64,000 nucleotides of DNA, from assembly GCA_013239625.1 (NCBI GenBank), contig MU054001.1:1119884-1183883 (forward strand), written 5' to 3'. The translations under genes were made by a program, and so were the position numbers. A model generated the notes under the pieces. It had not been told where the DNA came from. It saw only the letters and a list, made by a program, of their open reading frames with translations, and searched no databases. Shown one piece after another: positions 12,464 to 24,759 of this stretch; positions within the stretch are counted from its first letter, which is position 1, and the number at the start of each line of letters is the position of its first letter. This stretch comes from Lama guanicoe. Taxonomy: Eukaryota.

Positions 12464-12477
12464 AAACACTGCTCTTT

Positions 12478-12598
12478 CTAGAATATAATCTCCCATAAAG
12501 GCAACTTTGTTCATCCCTGTATTCCCAGCACCCAGCACCAAGATACTTATAAAATGAAATACTTATAAAATGAATGGATGGATGGATGGATGAATGAC
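12478..12598 (+). mobile_element. L2 3' terminus
   Basis: ctagaatataatctccc...ctgtattcccagcacccagcac...tgaatggatggatggatggatgaatga tail. Confidence 0.75.
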
Positions 12599-14372
12599 TA
12601 GTTGCCACATGATGTTGATGATTCTTCCATTACATTAAAAAACTTGAACTGGTAAACATTTCGATCCTATTTTGCAAAGTTAATTAAGGATTCACTTAGC
12701 TATCTATATTGGCAAGATTAAAATCTCTGCAGTCCAAAGTGCTTAGTTAGTCTGGTTTTTTTCCACAAAGGCTAGAAAGACAATGAAATTAATACCAACT
12801 GCAGTAGTAACTGCTGGTCTGGCCCTTGCTGTTATTAGTCCTGGATAAGTAGGTGGGTAGTTAATCTGCAAGACTGTTTTATTTTCTGCCATCACATCCC
12901 CAAGGGTGGAGGGCCACCCATTACTGACAAAGACAGGGGAACTTTCCTAGCCATTGAAGGAGTCAGTCCTGCACCCCTCCACCCAGCTCGACACCCAGGT
13001 TGAGCCACAGCTTAATCAGAGAGAATTAACTAGCCTTCCAGCTCAACTCATTAAGCGATGGAAATGTGCTGTCTCTTTCTGCCGTCGCCTGCTTCTCTCA
13101 CAATTCCCTTCCCACAGCCTGACCACAATTTTACCGTGTGTGAAAAATGACTTGGAATTGCAACAGGACTGTAAGGGAGCGATGATTAAATTTGTCCCCA
13201 CAATTAATGTGGCTGTGATTGGCAGAGGAGAGGGGTGGGAGGGCTGGAGAAGGGGGTGTTATAGAGCAATCAACAATCGATAGTGGGAAGGGGACCTGAC
13301 ACCACCATCGTCTGCAATTGTGATCAATATCTCTCGGGCTTCAGCAAGCCCCTCTCAATCTACACTGCTTCATCTCGATAGAGTTTATTCTTGTATAAAT
13401 ACCTTAAATAAATAGTGCAGGGAGAACACCCAGGGATACTTTAAATTACATCCATATCGTGCAGAGACAAAAGCAAGTTCCACTGGGGAGAATCTGTCTC
13501 TCAGAAGCAAACAAGCTTCTCCTTTAAAAACCTCATAATTGGTTATTTACACACTCCACAACTTTGCATTTATGCTGCACCCTGATTATCATAAGCATTT
13601 CCAATTTGACAGAACCCGACTACAGTGAATATGCAAGCTCTTCTAATTTCCGACGCGACTAACTGGAGATGGTGAGGAGTGATGATTTATCTGTTTGTGA
13701 TTTGAATAGGATCATGCCTGTAGCGTCTCAAAGCCAGGGTGATTTTCTGAGAACATGTGTTGTCTTGAAACACTGACTGACACTCTTTAGGAATCATAAA
13801 AATTATAGGGGCTGAGATTTTTGCTGTGGCTGGTTTCCCCACCCACTTCATTCAGGAGGGGGAAGGGAGGAGGATTTTGTTGAGCAGTGGGGCTGTGGAC
13901 AACAACGTGGCCCCGTGGATACGGGTCCGGTTTGCAGATTGGCGAGAAGCAACATCAATTACGTGCAGATCAATTTAATCACATACACCAGAGCAGATGG
14001 AAAACAAAGGCACTCCTGGAGCTGCCGGGGTCTGTGCTGGGACTTTGGGGGTGCCAAGGAGGCAGCTACCCTTAGGGACCATCATGGAAATGCTCTTACT
14101 GATGACAGCCTCGCTATGGGGGAAGGACGCTAGAACTCCTGGCCTCACTCCTGCTATAGCGTATAGTGAATTTGCCCACTTCTCTCTATGTGCATTGCTA
14201 CCACCAAGCCTGTGTCACCCTGAGCCACTGCCAGGACTTTGCTTCTGCTGTTTCCTCCTCCTGCCTCCTTCCATCTCTCAAACCCTATGTTCTTTGGAGG
14301 CCCAGTGAAGACCCACAAGGCCTCCTGTACCACTTGTACCATCAAGGTGTCTCATCCATTTTAGAAGGTCCA

Positions 14373-14516
14373 GAGGTGGGTGTATAGCTTAGTGGTAGAG
14401 TGCATGCTTAGCAGGCACAAGGTCCTGGGTTCAATCCTCAATATCTCCACTTTAAAAAAAAAAAGAAGAAGAAGAAGGAGAAGGAGGAGGAGGAGAAGAA
14501 GAAGAAAAAGAAGAAA
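14373..14516 (+). mobile_element. Vic-1-like tRNA-derived SINE with GAA/GGA tail
   Basis: gtatagcttagtggtagagtgcatgcttagcaggcacaaggtcctgggttcaatcc has tRNA-Ala-like A/B boxes, followed by an A tract and a purine repeat. Confidence 0.85.
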
Positions 14517-15696
14517 TTGAGCTTCTAGATTCAGCCATACCTGATCTCCTTCCCAAACTTCTAATATATAAGCCAATAAATTGCTTAAAAAAAAAAAAGT
14601 CAGGCCCCCAAGCTTCTAAAGCCCTACATAGAGTGGTCCATGGGCCCTTCCACTGTCTCCCCCTTTTCCAGCTCCTTCCATCCCCTTCCATCCATTTGAG
14701 AACTGGGGGAGAGGAACTGGGCTTCAGAGTTCCCAGAGTGGGGACTATTCTTTCTGTTTCTGGACCCAGCCTGCTAAAAGAAGAAAATAGCCCCAAGTAT
14801 AGTCCCTGGAGCCCCATCTGCCCAAGCAACACCCCTGAAATCCAGGCGTGCACAGGTTTCTAAAGCACTGTTCACTGCCCACCCTTCACAGACCCAGAGG
14901 GTGACCTACGGTCACCAATCACAGAAAGAGCAAGTAGCTTCAGTGAGCTCAGGAGAGAGGAGCAAAGTCAACAGCCACCACGTACTGAGGATGAGGCCCC
15001 ACAGATGAAGGGCTCAGCATGTGAACAGAGGCCTTTCTGCAACTTGTCTTCAGACGAAAGCAAAGCAGGAAACTCACCCTGGCTTCAGCCCACTGTGTAG
15101 AGCTCAAGCTCCCACAGGTCCATGCAACTCTGAATGATCCCACTGGCCCAGTGCTTGGAGCAGCTGGCTTTTCTGCAACTGGAAGGTCACCCCATGAACT
15201 CCAGGCTGGGCCAGTCCGCTCATCCACCATCCACAGACTCAGGACCATCACTCTCTCTCTCCATAGTGAACACCCAACTCTGACTGTGCTGCTTCTGTTC
15301 TCAGGGCAATTGGCCTGGTTAACTTTCCCCTTCCGTTCCAAGGAGGCTACTCTTGCTCAATCCAAGGACACTGTCTGTCCCTGTACCTGGGAACTCCTCC
15401 TAGGAAGAAAAGGGAAAAATACCAGTTTAACTCCTAGAAGGGCACTCCCTCCAAAGACAGGCAGCAGTGCAAATTAAGGCAATGAGGGCTTGCCTTGTGA
15501 GTTGCAGAGGAACTTTTACATCGCAAGCGATAAAAGCACCACCATCACTCTGCCCAAAGTACCACTTGTACTTCCCCTATATTTCACCATTAGGAATTCA
15601 TTCCTTTGGGTTGACCAGATGAAGTACTAAAATACAGATTACTCGGGGGAGGTCCATAAGTCATCCGTTCACCCAAGTGAAGGAGAGGCCATGGAT

Positions 15697-15850
15697 CAGT
15701 AGTTCTCCACCCTGGCTGTGTATCAGAATAACCTGGGCCATACTCCAGAATAATTGAAACTAAGTCTCTTGGAAACAGGGTCTGGGCATCTGTAGTTAAG
15801 AAAAGCTCTCCTGGCCATTCTTATGCAATGTGAGTACCGAGAACCTCCAA
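15697..15850. mobile_element. MER5-family MITE
   Basis: cagtagttctccaccctggctgtgtatcagaataacctgg...ctgggcatctgta...gagaacct. Confidence 0.7.
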
Positions 15851-17352
15851 AGGCAAATCTTCACCTACTGAAATGTTCTGGGAGACACCCCATTGATCAC
15901 TCTTTGCTGATTACCCAGAGGAGAAACCAGCTACTGTTCAGTCTGGGGGCTGTACTGATTTTTCCCTTTGCTGAGCTCTCTCTGCCAGCAGAGGCCCTTG
16001 GCCAAGTAAGAGATGGATGCCCTAGCCTACCTGTGGTTTCTCAGTACTCCTGGTATAGGGGCTAGAAGGGGACTCTGAATTATATGGGGAAAAGAGAAGA
16101 ATTAGCTGATATGCGAGTGTGGATGTGCAGCCAGGACACTGAACAGAAAACCCCTTGGCAGAAGGGCAAGATGTTCTAACTCAGAAATCAGGAGCAAGTA
16201 ACAAGCACACTCCAGTCCCCACTGCCTCAGCCCACAGCCTGCCTGGAAGGATCCAGGGAAAATGAAAATTAATGGGGTAGCGAAGGTAATCAGCAGTGAG
16301 TCCCACTTTTGTTAATAACCACCTTCCATCACAGGTAGAATGAGACAGAGCATCCATTCAAGGCTAGGGTCACCTTGGGAAAGAAGGGTGGGGGTCTCTC
16401 CAGCCTGGGGCCTCCCCAGGTCATTGAAGATGGTCTCAGAAATGGACTGTCTTTTTGGAGCTTTTGTGACCTGAGGATACTTTCAAGACTGGCTTCTTGG
16501 ACTGAACTAGCATGTCCACCAGGACCCCCAGCATTGCGTGGTTAGCCCTGCCCACCACCCCAGGTCCCTCTACCTTTGCTCCCAGCATCCTTGCCTTCTC
16601 GTGTCCTTTAACCCCACCACTTCTAGTCCCTGCTGCCTCATCACTACCCAGCCACCATAAAAATGGAGATGTTTGGGGACTGAAGATGCTGCAAGCAGTC
16701 ATGAGCCTCTTACCCCTGACCCTGCTTCCTAAGGCCTCGACATACACCCGGTTGATAACGTCTTACTGCCAACCACCCTACCCTGTCAGGTACCTCAAAA
16801 TCACAAGGCCCTACAAACACTTCTCCCGAGGTGGCCATTTGTTTCCAAAACCATTTTCATTTTGCCCGTGCTTACTCAGCCTCCCCACAGCACCTTGTTG
16901 CTTGGTGATGGGTGAGATGGGCAAACAGACGCCTCCAACAGTGGCTCTTTGATGTGTGCTGTTGGGAGCCGAGAGCAGTGCAAGGCCTGCCATGGAAACC
17001 CTGCAATGCGGCTCCTCCGGCTCACGCAGGCGGGCGGGGAGCGTGTTGGACAACCTGCCTGTGAGGGCACAGGGCAGCAAGGCATGGGAAATTCGGTCAT
17101 TTCCCACATGCCGGGCACCCCGAGAAGCCATTCACATATCCTATCTCATTTATTCTGCACCGAGGTAGAATTTAGAGGTTACAGTGGATTCTGGAGCTAG
17201 CCTGCCTGGTTTCAAATCCAGTCCCCGCAAGGAGGGCCCGACGGCAAAACTGGGCAAGTCTTGAGAAATTGCTACTGGGAGAGAAGACAACCGAGAGATG
17301 TCCGCTCTTGGTTCCACTTACCTCCTTCAACACCCGAGGGAGACAGGCTGGA

Positions 17353-17730
17353 TCTGTCAGGGTTCCTTGGTGCCACGCAACAGAAACCAACGCTGTCCTG
17401 CATAAACAGTGGGGAACTTTCTGGAAAGCTGTGGGGTAGCTCCCTGAATCAAAGGGGAAAAGAAAGTACTAGGCTCAATAGCGCAGAGGGGAGGGACCTT
17501 GGGAGCCAGAGCCAGTAAAAAGTCTCCTTAGATTGGAACACAGCTCCAGCTCGTCTTCATCTTGAGAGAGTGAATCTTAGTGGCTGAGCTCCGGCCACAG
17601 TGCCCACCCATTGGCCAGGAGAGAGGGAAGGAGGGAGTCAAGCAATAGCCAATCCCATTGGCTGAGCTTGAGTCACAGCCCCACCCATTGGCAGATCACC
17701 TTGATTGACAGTCCTAACCAACAGTGCCGT
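17353..17730 (-). mobile_element. Old MLT1 (K/L-like) LTR
   Basis: gtcagggttccttggtgccacgcaacagaaaccaac...gtggggtagctc...ttggctgagcttgagtcac...cccaccc. Confidence 0.6.
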
Positions 17731-17949
17731 CAGACGTAAAACCGGCGGTCTCACCAGAGCAGCGGAAGGCGGGAGGAACAGATGGGACGAAGAAGAGAAC
17801 ACGGAATGTCTCTGAAAGGGTGCTCCCGCTCAGGAAATACTAGTTCCCTAAGAATCCCAGTTTACTCTGTATTTACTTGTGCCCCATCAGGTGATTAGAA
17901 AGCATCCCTCCAAGTCCTGACAAAGTAAGAGGATCAGTAGGAACAGCAG

Positions 17950-18155
17950 CCGCTGGAGCTACCCTTCCAGAGCCCTTACCTTAGGCCGGGCAGCGAGCCA
18001 AGTGTTTTGCACCCGTGATCTCACCCCGCTTCATCACAGCCACACGAGGTGATGGACTTTGCGGATGGGGAAACTCGCCCACCCTCACGCCTCCCGGAGG
18101 CAGGATTTGATGGGGAGATATCAGACTCCAAGTCCAGGGGACAATTCCACTATGC
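17950..18155 (-). mobile_element. MIR SINE (degraded)
   Basis: gatctcacccc...tcacagccacacgaggt...tttgcggatggggaaactcg...caggatttga...cagactcca. Confidence 0.6.
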
Positions 18156-18654
18156 TCTACAGCTTCTCAGGGGCAGAATGGGAACAGGGGGTGGGGTGGG
18201 GCAGTAATTTGGGGAAAATTATTAGGAGGAGGAAGGAAGGCAAGAGAAAGAGGTGGGGTGGGTGAAAACTCAAGGAACATGCATACTGGAGCAGGAAGGA
18301 AACCAAGGCCGATGATCTTGACTCCCACGCGGGGGGCCTGTCGCTCTTACCACCAGCACTCACCTCCTCACCTCTGGGGTCCCTCCAACTCCCACCTCCA
18401 TCCACCACAGGGCAGGCACATATGTCATTTAGTGAGAGAACCACAGAAACCCAATGTCATTGGGGGCCATCACATCACTGGTGGATGTCCCTAACATACT
18501 TGGGGGAGGAAGGGGTTGGCAGGTATGAACAGCTGTATATGTCTATAGAACATCATAGAATTTTCTGACCACCTTCTACTCTTCCCGTACCCTCCCTCCC
18601 CCCACCAGGTATCTGAAAACACAAAGGCCAAAATCAGAGAAAGTAGATCAGATT

Positions 18655-18830
18655 TCCCGTTCATCAAACACCTACTAAGGGCCAGGTGCTTTTCCTACGT
18701 TACCCCTAAGCCTCCGGAGAACCTTGAGGGGTGGGCATGCTGTCTCTGTCTTACAGATAAAGAGACTGAAGCTCAGAAAGATCAGCTGAGATTTGATACC
18801 AAAAACCCGATTGGAAGGTGCAGAAGAGGA
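18655..18830 (-). mobile_element. MIR SINE fragment
   Basis: aaacacctactaagggccaggtgct...cttacagataaagagactgaagctcagaaag. Confidence 0.7.
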
Positions 18831-19919
18831 GCAGAAGTGGCTGCCAGGGAGCCCACCGTTCCCGCCTATGCTGGCACCAGGACCTAGGGCGCTGGATGGC
18901 CTGGCCATGCTTTATCTGCTGGGCACTGGGTCCAAGACATCTGGAAACCCGCCCTTTCTAAGTTACAGCTTCACTTAACCAAAGTTTGTAAAAGGGCACC
19001 CTGAGAGACGAAACAGTCTCATCTCGTCAGAGCCCTGCTAAAATCCCAATAAGCCCACTGCGAGCTAGAGATTGAAGTGCGATTTTGGCATCTCTCCTCT
19101 GGCGTAGAAAGAGATTACACTGAGTCATATTTCAAAAAGGCACGCCTGACACAGTATAATCTCTGGTCTTAACTCCCCCTGACCTTGAGAGAGCGGCAAT
19201 AAAGCAAAGGGACTGCAGCGGCTGGAAACAGACATTTAGACTATCAGGAAGAGGCGGGGTGGGCAAGAGCATCTCATCAGATCCGTGCGGGGCCGCTCCT
19301 GAACCTGTTCAGAGGTGGAGGCTTCAGAGCTTCCTCTCCTACCCCTACCCCTGTCACAGACTGATGTGCGGCTGCGTCTTCCTGGGACCCCAGCTCCGCC
19401 CCTTCCCCAGCATCTCACTGATTCAAGTCCCGAAGGACCCACCATGACCTCCTCTCATCTTCCACCACATCTGCTCCCCCCGTCCAGCTTTTCCCAGTGA
19501 CAATAATGAAGCTGAAAATGTCGCCAGAAAAGGCATCGATCTGTTTATCTATCACTTGCTAATCAAAAGTTTCCTGCCTGCTGCTAAAATACCAATGATT
19601 TCCTTTGCGGAATCAAACAGGTCTGCTCTCAGAGACCGAGCGCGTCAGTGGGGACAGTTTAATTACCGCCTTTGACGCTCCTTCCCTGAATACCAATCTT
19701 TCCTGAGTTACATGATGAACACACATTAGGGGAAGGATTAAATCAAAAAGCAGGAACTGACTAATTGCAGGGCATCTCACATGGAGCCAGACTCCCCTGT
19801 TATGCCCTACATCCCCTCCTGGGTCCTAGGCATTCCTGAGTATCCAGCCCAGGGAATTCCAGCACCATCCAAGAGGCCCCAGTGTTCACACTGAGTCCCC
19901 TTGACACATAATAAATGCT

Positions 19920-20135
19920 GTCGTTAGACCACGGGCTTTAGAGTCAACGGCTGGTCTTACATTCCAGTCCTAGCTCTGGCCACTCAATTTCTGGGAGCCT
20001 CAGTTTTCCTGAATGTAAAATGGGAATATCAGACATCCATATATTTAAAAGGCTACTGTGAAGATTAAATTTAATAAACAGGCAAACCTTGATCATAGTG
20101 TGAGGTCAATTAATGAGAACTATTATTATTATTAT
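19920..20135 (+). mobile_element. MIR SINE
   Basis: gggctttagagtca...gcctcagttttcctgaatgtaaaatggg...gtgaagattaaat...tattattattatt tail. Confidence 0.8.
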
Positions 20136-21439
20136 CCCTATGTGGAAATATATAACACTAAGCAGATGTTTATACTAGATTATATCTATTTTGTATAAAA
20201 TACACCACCAAACATTTATGAATTTTTATAGTCTAGGATGTTCTAGAAAAAGTAATAAGCAGACTATCTTCTTTATACCTCATTGTATGAGGAGTGCCTA
20301 GAACAGGAAGAATGCTGTTTCTTCCTGCCTGACTCCGCCATGAAAAGATGAAACAAACATGGTCCCTTACAAGGATGTTCAAATCTCCTTCACCAGCCCC
20401 TACTACCACCACTTTGACGTGCCTCATCCAGCCTTTAACTCTTAAGCTGTCCTGGAGATGGAGGGTGAGAACATTCACGCCACCCACAGACGTACCTAAT
20501 GAGCGTGACTAGAGTGGTGGCCATTTCCGTTTCTCCCACTGCCAAATTCGTTTGACAGAAACAAATGACTATTATACGATGCCATGTATGGAAAAGAATA
20601 CACACAAACATAATGCTTAGATTTTATATTTTCAAGGAAAACTGATTATTTAGAAAAATAATTCCCCTCTTCTGTGTGGAAAACAATAAGATCCATGGCC
20701 CCCCTTCCCCTCCTCAACCATCCCCAGGTCTTCATCTCTCTCTCTCTCTCTCTCTCTTCCTACACTGATAATCACCCCCTTCCCATGTGGATGGAAACTG
20801 GATTTCCCCTGCAATTTATCACCTGCACCTCATACCATGCTGGGCTTCTCAGTCAGAGAACCAGCTAGAAGCCATGTCCCCAAATCGCTGACTCTCCCCT
20901 GTTGTCAGTGACATCAGGAAACAAGACATTGTTTGAAGGTTAAACACACCAAGCCCAGGGTGGGAGCCTGAGTCAGCCTGCTGGGGGTGGGGAGGGGGGA
21001 TTCTATTCATGATGGTCCCACTAGTGGGCTTGTCCTCATGGCAGCTTCCTGTCCTGCCATAAGTGTCATGAGTGATGTCAGCAGGAGAAAAGGAGGCTCT
21101 CCAGCTCTCCCTCTATCCTGGACACTCCCCACCAGTGCCCTGGGACCAGGGGACCCCTCCTGTGGACGATCTTCTGATCAAAATGCAGCCAGAGGGAAAC
21201 TGAGGATCAACTGGCTTATCCTCTCCACACACCAAGGCTCCAACAAGAAACTAGATGCACTGTTCCTCAAGGTGTCTTCCCCTAAAGACCACAAAGCCCC
21301 CACATATGAGAGTAAGGAGGAAGACTCTTTTCTGGGGACTCTACCAGAAGAGATAAAAATGTTACCACTCAATTCGACAAACATGCACCGATGGCCAGGC
21401 CCACATATGTACATGCAGGCCGGACCATGTGCATATGTG

Positions 21440-21620
21440 CAGTGGTGACCAAGAGAAGTCCCTGCCCTCGGAGAGAGAAGTCCCACAGGGGAGCAGACAA
21501 CTCAACAGGCAATGACAACTCGGCATGAGACATCTGGGATGAGGGAAGCCAGGGATGTCATGACACAGAGGGAATTTTCAGGAGTCTGGTAGGGCTTCAG
21601 GAAGAGGTTGGGGCTGGCCA
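21440..21620 (-). mobile_element. L2 fragment
   Basis: gtggtgaccaagagaagtccctgccctc...ggggagcagaca...aacaggcaatgacaa. Confidence 0.5.
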
Positions 21621-21914
21621 GGGAAACACATGGTGTGCGAGGGTGGAGGGGAGCAGGGCCAGGTCACCCAGGGCCTGGTAAGCCTTCCAACCACTTTGAA
21701 CAGTGATGGGCCCCTGTTTGCACTTTACTTTGGTCACAGGGTGGGTATTGGAGAAATGACCCCCCAAGGAAGATGGTTTGGGCTCCAGCGATGGGAGTGA
21801 CTCCGGCAATGGGAGTGAGTCACTCCCTTGCCATGACTGACACTTACACAATCTAATTAGACAGAGATGTGGGGGCTGCGGTGGGCCACGTGCGGCTCTC
21901 AGCATCCCACCCAC

Positions 21915-22130
21915 TGCCCTGCATCTCTCTGAGCCTCCATCTCTAGCCTCCAGACTTGTCTCTCTCCTTCTGGGCCCCCTTCCCCTTCTGTCTTTCCTGC
22001 CTCCCTCCCTCCATATTCTTTCTCATCTGCCTCTGCCTCTGCCTCTATCCCTCTCCTGCCCTGCCTCTCCCCTTCATTTCCACTATTTCTCATTCCTCAG
22101 CCTCCCTGGATCCCCTACCTCCTCCTTCAG
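21915..22130. repeat. Pyrimidine-rich (CT) low-complexity tract
   Basis: Runs of tctc, ctcc and ctgcct. Confidence 0.8.
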
Positions 22131-23809
22131 CCGTAAACACAGGAAGCTGGGTGTCATTTCTTTGGGTGAGGCTCCCCCCTCAGCCCACACCGCTGTCGGC
22201 ACACACACAATTCCCGCCCAGCTCATCATGTAAATATGACCTTTCCGATATTCATTATCAATTAAAGGAACAAATCCCCTTCTCTGAGAGTGCTCCAAGC
22301 AGCACGAGAGACCTTTCAAGCCCAAGAGCACAAAAGGGCCTTTCCCGTGGGCTGCCACACTGTCTAGTTCCCATCTCCCGGAGGCTGGATGGGTGGGTGG
22401 GGAGGCAGACGCAGATGGGCGGGGCAGACAAGCGGGAACCCAATGGGGCTCGAAGCCCCTCCAAGGTCGCTGTGCCTATGGATTACACCGTACAGCCAAT
22501 TCCTGGGCCAATCACAGGGAGTCAAAAGAAATGTGGGGCCATCAGCTTTCTGTTCCTTCTTCTGTCTGTGGGCCACGCCAGGTGTAGGCCGGGCCTCTTT
22601 TCAGGCCCCTGCACACTGAGCTCCTGCCATTCAGGCTCCAGTGGCCTCCCTTTGGCCAGTCCCAGGAGTTCCTTCCTCCCTCTTCTGATGGGCTGGGGAC
22701 CCGCTTTTAGCCATAGATGGATCTCAGCTTCTGGGACCCAAACACAGACACCTTGCCCAAAAAAAGAGTTTACACATTTTATATTTTTTGACAGCAGGTC
22801 ATCCAGCACAGAACTGTACCCAGACAGAGCTGGGCGAGGGGCAGGACAGCCTGCCAAGGATGAAACATGGGCTTTCCAGAAGGTGGACTCAGAGCAGCCC
22901 TTTCCCATAGCTGCATCCCCAGAGCTGTATCCCAGGTTTCCTCACCGTCCAGGCCCACAAACCGCCCAGGAAGAAACCCTCCAGACACCACCAGATCTGC
23001 ATTGTTGCCACAGCCATGGCTTAATAGCTGCTTAGGGAGGGGCGGCAATCCCCACCCTGTCCTCATGTGACCTGCCCCTATGGCTGGCTGGGCTGACCGC
23101 ACCGTCTGGTCGCATCTGGGGCCATGCTGTGTGCATTAGAGGCTCCTACTCCTGCCGACGGCATTGGGCATGGTGGTCGCCCCAATCTGGTTCCCATTCT
23201 TAGAGCAGCCGGTCCATGGGCATCCAAAATAAGAGAGGGGAGGCCAGACTGCTGGGGTAAGGGCACAGTCAGAAAGCGGGAGTGACACAGACGGAGGGAG
23301 GGAGACAACGACAGAAAACTTGACACCCGTCCATTGTGAGACAATCTGGCCTCAGTGTCTGGTACATGGGGAGCTACAGCCCAGGTTGGCTTGTGTTATT
23401 CACATCTGACACCCAGTGGATTCTCAAAGCTCAGTCCAACGGAGAGAAGGTGACGGCTCCTGACCTTGAACCAGAATGTCTTCTGGTGCCCTCCAAGGCC
23501 ATAGCAGCTTGGAGCTCTGGGTGTTCCTCCCATGTCTGTCCCTGCATTTCCTTCCCAAGGAATAGGAAAGCCAGGTCCATCAGGCCTTCAATAGCTGCTC
23601 TCTGGAAAGACCCACAGGTCTCTGCAGGTGTCCAGCTCCAGACCCCTGCACGGCCCGCCTGCCTGACTCCAGGCCTTCCCTCCAGGACGAGATGTGCTCT
23701 GGTGACACCATAAGGCAGTGCAGGGACACTGCAGAGGGGAAGGCCAGAACTGGGCTTAAAGCAGGAGGGCAACACTAGTTGGGACACAGTACCTAAGAGA
23801 CACATTTAA

Positions 23810-23858
23810 ACACACACTCACACACACACACACACACACACACACGCGCGCGCGCGCG
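23810..23858. repeat. Compound (CA)n(CG)n microsatellite
   Basis: acacacactcacaca...cacacgcgcgcgcgcgcg read directly. Confidence 0.97.
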
Positions 23859-24094
23859 TTTGCCCAAGTATTATGGGCCCCTCCGTCTGGCCATATCCCA
23901 CCTCCCAAAAGCCCTTGCTTATTTAAAATGTGATGCTTATTTGGGGGTAAATAAGGAGAAAGAGACTCCAGAAAGTCTCTCTTCCACCCCTCTGTCTCGG
24001 GGCAAGATTGTTCCTTTTAAGATTCCTACCCACCCATCCTCCCTTAACAACTCTCGCATCTCCTACCATAAAAGTACCTCCCCAAATTCAGAAA

Positions 24095-24300
24095 ATTAAG
24101 AACTAGAACATCCAGTAGATACACACTACCAGGAATTTACCCTATGGATATAATGTTCCAAATATGTTCCAAAATATGTTCATTGCAGCATCCCTTACAA
24201 CAACAAAATAACTAAAAACAACTTTATGGTTCATTACCAGGGCCTGGCTGTGTACAGGGTCGTGTATCCAAGACATGACAACTGGGGCGATAAAGACAAT
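24095..24300 (+). mobile_element. Old L1 (L1ME-like) fragment
   Basis: ctaccaggaatttaccctatggatata...atgttcattgcagcat. Confidence 0.55.
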
Positions 24301-24759
24301 GCGTCTCAGCCCCACCCGCACACGGCGCACAGGCCAGCAAGCGGGGGGAGGTGGCCCGGCCGGAAGGTTAGGGGAGACTGGGCATGACGTGCCTGCAGTC
24401 CTGGAGAGGAAAGGACTCTCACTGCTTCTCTAGCTTCCGTCTCCCTCCAGCTGTACACGGCATCCTTTCTTTTGTGACATCTTCACCTGCCCCTTGCCCA
24501 GAGGGCACATCCATGGTAGTGGGGTGCATTTTCAGACAAGTATGAGCAACTGTAGGAAGATCTCTAGGTTAAGAATATACCATAAGCATGGAAGAATTAT
24601 TCTGGGAGCCCTCCCAACGCCTTGCTGAGATGAAGTATTCCTTAAGCTCAAAGTTCAGCCAACGATAACCCATGCACATTTCACTTCCAAAGGAAACTCT
24701 GCAGTCTAGACGGGGGCCTGAGGGTGAGTCACTTTGGTTACTGCGTTAACTATTTATTG

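Noticed and set aside
14900..14916. Short inverted repeats (ggtgacc-tac-ggtcacc; also ttcattag-aaag-ctaatgaa near 28269)
   Set aside because: Stems of 7-8 bp are expected by chance in 64 kb and are too short for a pre-miRNA.
21956..23035. Longest ORF (359 aa)
   Set aside because: It has a non-ATG start inside a CT-rich low-complexity tract, is S/P/L-biased, shows no domain resemblance and has no splice context.
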